This document shows positions 24,230 to 33,937 of a stretch of 33,937 bases of DNA, piece after piece; position 1 is the first letter of the stretch, and each line of letters starts with the position of its first letter. Made by a program: the position numbers and the translations under genes. The notes below the pieces were generated by a model, which worked only from the letters and a program-made list of their open reading frames with translations, ran no database searches and had not been told where the DNA came from. The stretch is from Sphaeroforma arctica JP610 (lineage: Eukaryota), in assembly GCF_001186125.1 (NCBI RefSeq), contig NW_014039985.1, forward strand, positions 1-33,937, given 5' to 3'.

Positions 24230-26275
24230 TGCGTCAAGTGATAGTGATAGTGATCTTAACGACGACGATATCGGTGATATACAGAACGGACGTGTTAAGG
24301 TGGGGAAAACGCCAGCTAAAGAGTGTACACGATGCAAAATGGTATGAGTATAATGTAGAGTCTCTCAGGGAAGTATGTCGGGACAGCAGAAAGAACACAG
24401 AGGTGTAATAAAATAATATATGATCGTGAAATTTTCGATTGAAAACATGTTGGCAAGGCCGAGGACAACAATGACCGCCCCAGGTCCCCATCATGATGGC
24501 CGTTCCAGCAGGCCACTTCAAAAATGGTCGAATTTCCACAAGACACTCTCTGAGTCTCTGTGACTGACTCGCCTCTCGACTCTCGTGAAATCGCATACAA
24601 TCACAATCAGTTGTCATTGATTTTGTTTTTTCATGCCGTCTCATGACTGACGAGTGACGGACTGATGACAGTCGACAGTTCGACACACTCACCATGATGA
24701 GTCAACATCTCTTCAACAGTCAACAATCAACACTCAACACTCAACACAACAAGAACTAGAAGAGACTACAAGTATCACAACTTCACAAGAAGGGAGAGAA
24801 GAGTGGCCACCAGGCTGCAGGCACCAGCAGTAGGCACTAGGCAGTCACTGGGGGGTAGCCGAGTACATAGGTAGAGCAGAATAGCGAGTGTAGAGTGTGG
24901 AGTTGTTAGGCACGAGTCGGTGATGAGCAGTGAGCAGTGAGCACACAAAAAGGTACACTGTCTATACTCACATAAATACTGTGTATAATTGTTGTACATG
25001 TACACTTAAAGTTTTAGTTGGAAATAGGTGCATCTTGCTGCTTGCAAGTGCAATTTTCAAAATTTCATATATATAAAAACCCCATATTTGACGGTTGACC
25101 TCAAAAAAGCAATAACGTTGTATTTTAATTTATTGTCCTACGGACTTTTTAGTCCGTTGTGGTATTTATTTTTATTTTTAATCTCTCTTAAGAGAGTAAG
25201 AGGGCCATGATTTATTTTTACTGTTTTGGTTTTGTTTTATTTTTTTAAATAAAAACAAATCTACATAATAACCATTTGCGATTATCGTAAGACGCAAACG
25301 TATTGAGTTTAGCCACGGTCTCACAGGCGCTCGCTGCACGGCGAGTCATCGAGTCGGCGACAGGCCTCGTTACGTTTTTGCTGACATATAATAATAAACA
25401 ATAAACGCTAGGTATATATGTATCGTACACCCGACTGGCAATCAGAGTATCAGACACAGTATTTATAGGCCTGGGAGTCAGTGGGAGACCTTAGTCCTTA
25501 CACATGTCGACCCGTTGACGAAAACGTCAAACGCGAACGCATCGGAATCTATACGTTTTAACTTATACGGTATGAGTCTATGAGACCTGGTTCGGCGATA
25601 ATCATTTTTATACATAATCAAAACCGTATTGTAAAAAGTAAAATACTAAAACAATCAGTTCAATCACTCAGATGAGTCGATGGAGTATAAATGACAGGTC
25701 TTAAAACAAAACAAACAAAACAAAACCCGATAAAAAAGATTTATTGCAGTTACAAGAGGTCAAGAGGGTGAATTTATAAAAAGTCTGACGACTTGAGCCT
25801 GACAGATACAATATACAAATGTACGTCCATTCACTCCATTGGCATTGTATTTTAATTTTAGGCCTTATGAATATCTCCGGTGCTCTGAGTGAGAGTAATT
25901 TCTGGTATGCTGCACTGAGTACTCCGTACTGTATTATCTGTTTTGAGTGTTTTCTGTTTTCAGTTTTCAGTTCGAGTTTTCAGTTTTGAGTTTTGTGCCT
26001 GTCGAGTTTCGAGTTTCGAGTTTCGAGTTGTGACTTGTGACTTGTGACTTCGGATTTGAGACTTCAGAGTTCAGACAAATAGACAAATACGAGTGAAGAG
26101 TCGGGAGTTCTGACTCTGGCACCTGGTTGAGTGGTTCTGTTTGTACAGTACTTTCGATTTTCGAACCGTCACTGCGTCAACTGTTGTCAAGTCGTCAACG
26201 GTTAAACAACCCTCCGGGTCTCAAGAAGTCGTCAACTTCTCACAACTTCTCACAACTTCACAAGTCTGCTGGCTG
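24230..26275. repeat. Zone of short (6-11 bp) tandem duplications / low-complexity stutter DNA
   Basis: Examples: GTGATA x3 (~24238), CAACACT x3 (~24728), GAGCAGT x2-3 (~24925), CGAGTTT x4 followed by GTGACTT x3 (~26003-26050), AGACAAAT x2 (~26073), CAACTTCTCA x2-3 (~26233). Confidence 0.75.
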
Positions 26276-26452
26276 TCCTCAACTTTCAAGAAGCAAATAA
26301 ATGTGACTATAAATGTGTATTTAAAAAAAAGTTGTTTCACCACGACACCCCCACATCGACGTCTCTCATATTAAAGATATTTTAGTTTAAAATAAAATAA
26401 AATAATACTTGGACTCGCTGCTTTGGCGAGTAAAATCGAATTGCCTGTGACA

Positions 26453-27824
26453 ATGACTACAGGTATCAATGTTGTCAACACGGATGATTCAAAGAGTGTG
26501 AGTAGTAAATCCACGGAATGTCAGCTGTTGGATTCGGACTACGACTCTAAAGGGTCACAAGTTCATACCGACAACAACAATCATGATGAAACAATTAAAT
26601 ACACAGGCTTGCTTGGTACCGTTATGAATTTGACGGTATCGATCATTGGCGGTGCTATTTATGCGTTACCGTATAGTGCCGCGCAGGTTGGTTGGTCAAT
26701 CGCTATCGGGCTGATGGTTTTTGGTGCTGTTTTAACGTGGTTTGGTATCCACTTACTCGGAAGTATCGCAAATATAATTGGCAACCGTCAAACAACGTTT
26801 GGCTTGGCTTTGGAGATGTCCTATCCCTGTCTCACTATAATCGTCGATTTAGTGGTCGTATTCTTGGGGTGGTGTGTAGCGGTAGTCTATTTGACTGTCG
26901 CCTCCACCGTCATGCCAAATGTCATGGCCGATTTTATGGATGTGGAAACCCAAAGCCCTAGCACTCCGATCTTCGTAGAAGCCTGGTTCTGGCTTGCCAT
27001 TTTCTGGGTCGGACTTGCGCTACCTCTGTCGATGACACGGACGCTCTTCTTCGTGGCACCAGCTGCGTTGGCTGCGGTCATCTGTGTTGGCTACACAGCA
27101 TTCATATCTTTCGGATACTTAGTAGGGATTTTTGATCCATGCGCGGGAGTCTCGGCGTCATGCCAAGGTGAAGTAGATGTCGCTGTGTGAAATTTTCAAA
27201 GCATAATGCGAGCATTCCCTGTTTTTATTCAGGCCTATTGTATGGGTCCGATTGTCTTCACAGTGTATAATAGCATGGGCAAGAATAGTGTCAGTCGTGT
27301 TGACGCAGCAGGATTTATTTCTTTGCTGTTAGGCTCGTGCTTTTACACTGTGATAATGCTATGTGGCTATTTAGTCTATGGTTCTGAAGTCAAAGCAAAT
27401 GTTTTGGATTCCTTCCCTCGATCACTTGAGGCCTCCATTGCCCGCATGGGTACAGCATTTGTGGCTACAGTATACTTCTCTCGACCATCTTATACACATT
27501 CTAAGCAAGTTGACACCCAGCAAATGCATATCTAGGGATGTTCTGGATTACGCGACGCGGATCGGCAAGATTACTTTCTACTCGACAACGCTAGCGTTAA
27601 ATTTATTGGCAGTCCTATTTGCATACTTTCAAATCGACATCAACTTCATGCTCTCCTTGGCGGGCGCGTTTGGTACAATACATCTGAGTTTAACAGTCCC
27701 TGCAGCTGTATATTGGAAGCTGTTCGAAGACGAGGGGTTGTCTGTGCAGCGCTTACTGACAATTCCGTTTGGATTTGTTGGTATTTTCATAATGTGCATA
27801 AGCGTTTGGACCATATTCTTTTGA
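26453..27824 (+). pseudogene. Intronless amino-acid transporter (AAAP/Aa_trans, AVT/SLC38-like) with a nonsense codon and a frameshift
   Basis: Motifs GTVMNLTVSIIGGAIYALPYSAAQVGW, AFPVFIQAYCMGPIVFTVYNSM, GYLVYGSEVKANVLDSFP, LSLAGAFG..LSLTVPAAVYWKLF and many hydrophobic segments. In-frame TGA at 27188-27190, with the same frame resuming after it. Frameshift near 27471, where the usual SYPL..P.R motif is missing. Confidence 0.85.
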
Positions 27825-28625
27825 GAACACTTGCGGCTTATGCAGTACGTGATACATCAGTATACCAAACGTTCAGATGCTCAAATAGATATGAAGTACA
27901 TGGCCGCGAGCTCTATATGAGACTCACAATGGAACACATTCGCAAGAAATCGACAGAATTGGCAAGTTTAGCCTCAATGAGGGCTATGGTCTTTAATAAC
28001 CTGCCCCGACCAGACCGCGAGCTGTCCTACTATTACCCCACTGTAGGGAGGTATGTAACGTCGACATACAAACTTTCATCTCGTCCGGATAGCAGTTAAA
28101 ATCTTGTTTCATAATCAAATCTCTAAATAACTGTACCTCTTCAAGAAGTGTGAACTGTATATAATAGGGATTTCATATTTGTGTGCAGCAAATAATAAAT
28201 AATCACGCGCAGCGGCTAGCAAGTAGCAACACATGAGATTTGATAACATTTATTTAGCCTTCAAATACACAATCGAAAACCAAAACAAATATATATTATT
28301 TCATAGCCAACTGATAACACTATTTCAATCACAAAAAAAGACTTCTCCTTCCCCTTCCCCTCCCCCGGACCTCCCCCCTAACAGACGACCTCGTTCCGAT
28401 TGGAGGGGACTTTTAGGGGACCTAAATAGACCAAAAGCGTGATGGACAGATTTCTCATTTCTCATCATGACGAAATAAAATAGTTTACTAAAATATATAT
28501 AGTCCTCGTTTCAGGGATAATTTATCAACAAATACTGAGTTCTGCGCAGACTCTACAATCTACATAGGACCATAATCATACCCTTCCAGTCAACTAAAAC
28601 CGAGTCAGAATCGAGTATCCGTCGA

Positions 28626-28980
28626 ATGAATATGTTCTCAACACTTTGTCGCTCTATCCGGTCCACAACCAGTATCGAATGTCGTTCTCTGGTACGTTTC
28701 TGTCTAAGAGCGTGTGTCTTCGAGCAGATCCATTGCATATATGGTGGCTTTATAGTAAAAAAGCAATGGGATTTATCAGGACGGTTAGTTTGATTTATCG
28801 AAATGTTTGCATAGCATATAATTGTATGCGTATAAAATAAGAATAGACTCTAATGCACACTGAAAAAATTCGCTTAATTATATGGAAAGTGTAAAATATA
28901 GAGAACGAACGAGAACATCTGCGCAAGTCTGTGAGTATGTATCATTGTTTATGTATAAGTTCAAATACTATGCATTAACA

Positions 28981-29027
<47 letters not shown>

Positions 29028-29098
29028 TATATTATATTAGTTATATTATTATTATATTANNNNNNNNNNNNNNNNNNNNTATATATATATATATAAAN

Positions 29099-29179
<81 letters not shown>

Positions 29180-30491
29180 TCATGTGTATGTATGTGCGTT
29201 TTTATGTATATTTTCTTTGTAGGTATGTATGTAGGTATGTATGTTTTACATTTATATCAATATTGCTGAGGCACACATAGTTTCTAGATGTTTATCGTGG
29301 ACATATTACATCATTTGATTTTTCCTGGAATATAATTTGTGAAGGCTTATAGACATGTGACTTTCAGATGTGCGTGTAAAATTGTAGTACAAGAAGTTCC
29401 GTTCTAATATATGTGTGCATATGTAAGTGTATATATCTATACTTTATCGTATAATAATATTTTTGTTTATTTAATACTGTAGACGAAGGCAGCTATGCGC
29501 GTTCGATGCATGGCCGCTGCCGCTGGTACGCCCGAACAATCAATGGAGAGCAAGTTGAAAGAGGCCCTTGCACCAACCTCTGTGGACGTTGTCGATGTTT
29601 CGGGTGTGTTTGAATTTTTATCTCTGTAGCACCCTTGTTTGGACGGCAAAATTGTGTGTAATCAGAAGTATGCCGGTGAGTTTGTTTTCGGACAATGTAT
29701 TTAAACAATGCGGCAAAGAATATGGAAAAGGCTCTTATGTACACGAGCGATTTCTTCGCACTGTGGTGCATGCCAGTGACGTATGCTTGTAAACGTTCGA
29801 ACATCTTTTGCAGACTGAGCGAGGATATAGAAGGTGCCTCGTACAACTTATACAGAACCTTTACTACTCGATAGGGGGATGCGGATCGAGCTACGAAGTC
29901 CACATAACATCAGCGAAATTCGAGGGACTTTCGATGATTAAGCAACACAGGATGGTCAATGAGATACTGCGTGAAGATGTGAAGGTATAGTGGATTAACA
30001 TAAACTACTCGTGTATATGCTTAGCACCTGTCAAATTTCGCGCATCGACTGGCCGTCGCTGTTCTGCATGTGTGTATGATGCGAAAGAATTCTTGAAAAT
30101 GGATCGAGCATCACTGTCGTACAGATGATATCCACGTACCTAAATACCTTATATTGATAGCGGTAACCAGTCTGAAAATGATCACCAATTTATTCTATTA
30201 ACAGAATATGCACGCAATCCGGATAGTCACGAAGAAGCCCTGATATGCTGTGATTGGGAAAAACTTGATACCCTATCCCCTTTAGTGATAGCCTATATAA
30301 AATTAGATTGGACGAGCTAAAATTTCCCTCGCACGTTGCAAAGGGCTTTATCGCGGCTGTGTTAATAGTCGGCGATTGCCATGCAATAATATCTTTTTGA
30401 CTCCCAGGTAGATCAAAGCAACGAACTTTCACAGCATATGCATGGGTTATACTGTATCTATAGAACAGTCTCGTGTACATCTACAAACTAA
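28626..30491 (+). CDS. BOLA3: Mitochondrial BolA-family protein (BOLA3/Aim1-like), ~117 aa, 4 exons
   Basis: Exons 28626-28691 ([22 protein letters not shown], presequence-like), 29483-29603, 29875-29984, 30435-30491. Joined: ...[62 protein letters not shown]... The SGGCG and MHGL motifs fit BolA3. The first and last exons are less certain. Confidence 0.85.
28985..29178. repeat. (AT)n microsatellite with a small gap, in BolA intron 1
   Basis: Visible TA repeats, N at 29060-29079. Confidence 0.95.
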
Positions 30492-30982
30492 GCCCTTGCT
30501 GATTGGCTCTAAGGCATCTGCCCAGCTTGTTAAAAGAGTTGCGCTCGATACAAGGCTAAAGTGTACCAATTGCTGTACGCGCTGTCGGTGTGTTGACACA
30601 GCAACCTTTCATTCTGTGGCCAATAATACCAAGTCTGCGAATGGTCATCCGAAGGCCTGACAAGTGCAATATTGCTTCTAGTAAATGGCTTCTAGACTCT
30701 AGAATGGGAATTCATCGTTTATTGCAATTCTCTCTCAAAAAAAAAAGGTTTTTGCAAGGTTCACTGTGCAGCCATAACAGTCAAGTGAAGGTGTGCACGT
30801 TCAACAGAACAGATGACGCACTCGTAAGGGGTGGACCAACGCCAGTGTGATTATGCATATATTTTAAGTGCACTGGCCCTTGTCCGAACTATATACTTTT
30901 TTATTTGTGTACAAGCACTACTACAGTAGCGAGCATTCCAAGGATGCTCCCCAGCAGTATACCTAAATTACTATACATATAA

Positions 30983-33516
30983 TTATTCCTCTCGATCCAT
31001 CCACCAGTTGTAAAATTCTTCATAGGAAACCATTCCATCGTGATTGCTGTCCAAGAGCTGTTGAAAAGTCAAGCTATTATTAGACGGGCACTGAAAAAAA
31101 TGGCAAAATAGATGATAACGACTCCCCAACTCGATTGAATGTAATCTGGTGCGATAATCTTACCCAGAAAATAATGTGTGACACGGAGGTGTTTATAATG
31201 CAACCCTGTGTCTTGGCATACCCGAAAAAAAAACGGCACTGTGACGTCTGTACAGTCGTGACTCGATTGATACCACATAATGGTCAGGTTTTAACTCAAC
31301 ACCTCAACCGAGCGGCGCGCAACAGCTATGCACAATGCCAGATGTTCAATTATATACATGCATGCCATCACAATAGAGTTATGTTAAACTTTGGATCTCA
31401 CAGCGAACGACAATCTACCACTCTGATTGGCACCGAGGTTGCCATTGTACACTTATCGAAGACATTGGAAGACACGAGACTAGAGTGCGAGAACAGATAT
31501 CGCCTCTTCTTCGAACTAATAAATTGCCATTGTATGCAACTGGAAAAAAATAGATTTAAGTGAGTGGATGCACACTTTCTAACTGCAAACCTACCATAAG
31601 CGCGCGTTCAAGTTCGACTCGCGACAAGACCGTTCCAAGGCTTGCACATAGCGCCGCAACTTCCTTAGTGTCAAGTGCACCATTGCCATCTAGATCATGG
31701 GCGTAAAAATTTTCTCGCACTTCCTGGGGATCGGTCATTTCCCTATGCGGAGAGTGAAGTACATATTAGTTTCCACATTGCATCGATCGTTGAAATATAG
31801 CTGCGTGGAAGATATACCCACTAGCACGCAATACTGAGTGCAACCTCAGGTGTCAAATTAACTTGGCATAAAGGGGCGATTCTGCGATACGGTCAGTGTC
31901 AGGAGTGTATCGACGTATGCTAAGGATGATACGCAAGCTACATTTATGATGTGACAAATCATGCGTTTCACACGAAACAGATATCGAGCTTTTTAAAACT
32001 TAACATATCTCGAGTTTTTTCACTTAACTTCACGCGATCAGTCCAATCAAATCATTAATTTGCCTATGTCCAGCGAGCACTCAAATGTCGTATTTCGTCT
32101 ATAAACTCGTGCCGTCTATGCAGCTAATCATACCTCTTAAGGCTGTTGAGTTTCTTGTTGGCAACACCCCCCGAGATCATCATGACGATACCAGTGAAGA
32201 TCAACAACCCCCCACTACATGTAAATCAAAGAAGTATATCAATATATGCGGGCACTACAGTGAAGGCATCAGAATGATATGAGCGTACAAAGCCTTTTAG
32301 TATGCTACAAAATATTAAATAATAGACATATTCAATCGATGGTGATCTAGAATTGTGTTTAACTACCTCATCATTTGCATCCAGTGCCATTGAGCGAGCA
32401 TGAGTGTGCCAACAAAGATATAGAAGAAGGCACGGCCGTGTAGCCTGGTGAGAAACAGCGCATTCGTTCGTACAGCTACTGTGGAGGAGTGAGAATAGAA
32501 GAATCGATTGAAAGTTAGAATACAAAGAGACTAAGCGTACTATGCCTAATGTGCCAGTATCTCTTTGCTTTGAACACGAAAATGTGATACATATACACAG
32601 CGCCCACTTGTTATCTTACTTTATCTACATTTGCCCGCATAGAGCTCGTATGATGTACGCGAATACTTGTTCATAGACATTGATACTATGACACATAGTA
32701 AGCCGACTATACACAAAATTGTATGCGGGAGCAACATACCGACCCAGGACTTTGGCATGAACCTGGGGCTCACCTCGAGAGCAAGAATTACAAATCCAAA
32801 GAAGACACAATACGCCTGTAAAGTAAGAGAAGAGTGCATTTAGCCGATGTATCGAACGGTATCACATACCTACAGCTTCAATTTCACGCGTCAAAATTGT
32901 TATCGATCGCCAAAATGCTTGCTGATGGGTCTATATATGAATGAGGCTTCAATCTAATAGAAAACGTACTACTTTCTATGAGTTTCATTATCAGTTTGTG
33001 TACATGCGCTGATAAGAATAAATACGAGATTGCCTAAATTATGGACGATGATCGAACTATATATGGGATTTATGGTGTCAAGATGTACTAAGACATCAAA
33101 ACACAAGCATTTGGTATATTTGTGATACGACGAGATGAATATGCACACTTATCTCTACCTGTCCTCAGCAACAAACCGGTATAACGAATACTGAATATAG
33201 CTCCGAGACCTGATAAACTTTATTTCTCTACAACTCGCTGCAAAACACATCACACAAACACGAGGCGAAAACGCCACATAGTTGTCAAATACTATGACCA
33301 CATACACTTGTGATGACACACACAGATTGCAGACCTTGATCCTCAATCAGTCGCAACTTACGTATATAACCATGGTGATAGGCGAAAGGCGGATCAGGTT
33401 GATCCAAATCTCGAAGAAGGACACAAATATCATCACGCATGCGCTGATGATCGCAAGCGCCCATGTGGCATAGTTACCTCGCTCAACCGTGCGCAAGACG
33501 CGCTTAAACTGAGTAC
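30983..33516 (-). CDS. TVP15/COPI-associated-type multi-pass membrane protein with C-terminal EF-hand pair, 5'-partial; 6 exons in window
   Basis: Phase-consistent exons 33516-33362, 32815-32740, 32478-32367, 32214-32134, 31742-31595, 31057-30983 (TAA). Translation: TQFKRVLRTVERGNYATWALAIISACVMIFVSFFEIWINLIRLSPITMVIYAYCVFFGFVILALEVSPRFMPKSWVVAVRTNALFLTRLHGRAFFYIFVGTLMLAQWHWMQMMSGGLLIFTGIVMMISGGVANKKLNSLKREMTDPQEVRENFYAHDLDGNGALDTKEVAALCASLGTVLSRVELERALMLLDSNHDGMVSYEEFYNWWMDREE*. Confidence 0.85.
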
Positions 33517-33937
33517 CTAAAAGAGCGAATATTCGTAATACTTGTCAGTCTGACGCGTACATCATCTAATATATGCGAATATAATGGACCGTCCGTGAAT
33601 CAGTGTCATACCAAGGTCATCATTCGTATATGAATGCTACAAGCTTTTGTTGCGACTGCACTAGAGCCCATATCGGATTAGTCCACGCGGATGGCTGTCA
33701 TGTATTGTGCTTTCGATAGGTTACCAAGAACAGAGTTTAAACTAATCCTATGTTGTTTAGACTTCTCAACTTTCGAGGTGTATAACAAAATACGCTGGTA
33801 CAATACAACTTTACTGAGTCGCAGCAAAATTAAATCAATTGATCTACAAGATTAGCAGTTATAACATACACAACACGGGGCAGCAGTCACGTAGATATAC
33901 TACCAGCTCAAGAACATCAGAAAACAGTTATAATCGC

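Noticed and set aside
27188..27190. Stop-codon reassignment, readthrough or selenocysteine at the in-frame TGA (and the stops in the MFS gene)
   Set aside because: TGA and TAA serve as normal terminators in ADE4, FECH and RPL29, and TGG is used for Trp. Both transporter loci also carry frameshifts, so pseudogenisation is simpler.
32620..32624. Possible 5-nt microexon (TAG|ATAAA|GTAAGA on the minus strand) in the TVP15-EF gene
   Set aside because: The flanking exons already join in phase without it, and including it would shift the frame.

Overview
This is intron-rich eukaryotic genomic DNA with GT-AG introns, microsatellites and three assembly gaps. The gene set suggests a unicellular opisthokont, possibly an ichthyosporean/holozoan, but that is inference only. 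Manual splicing reconstructs six apparently intact genes: ferrochelatase with C-terminal [2Fe-2S] cysteines (+, 5' end upstream of the window), MAF1 (-), RPL29/eL29 (-), amidophosphoribosyltransferase ADE4/purF (+, 10 exons), mitochondrial BolA3-like (+), and a TVP15/COPI-associated membrane protein fused to an EF-hand pair (-, 5' end not resolved). Two largely intronless transporter pseudogenes (UNC-93-like MFS; AAAP/Aa_trans) lie near repeat-rich DNA. The most notable signal is three ~130-nt copies of a structured, atypical box C/D snoRNA just downstream of the RPL29 stop codon. Their architecture resembles U22/SNORD22, and each copy is bracketed by splice signals, which suggests a spliced, snoRNA-hosting RPL29 3' UTR. 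Also present are a MITE-like inverted-repeat element containing a TGCGAC motif array, zones dense in 6-11 bp tandem duplications, and a strong G-quadruplex motif upstream of BolA.
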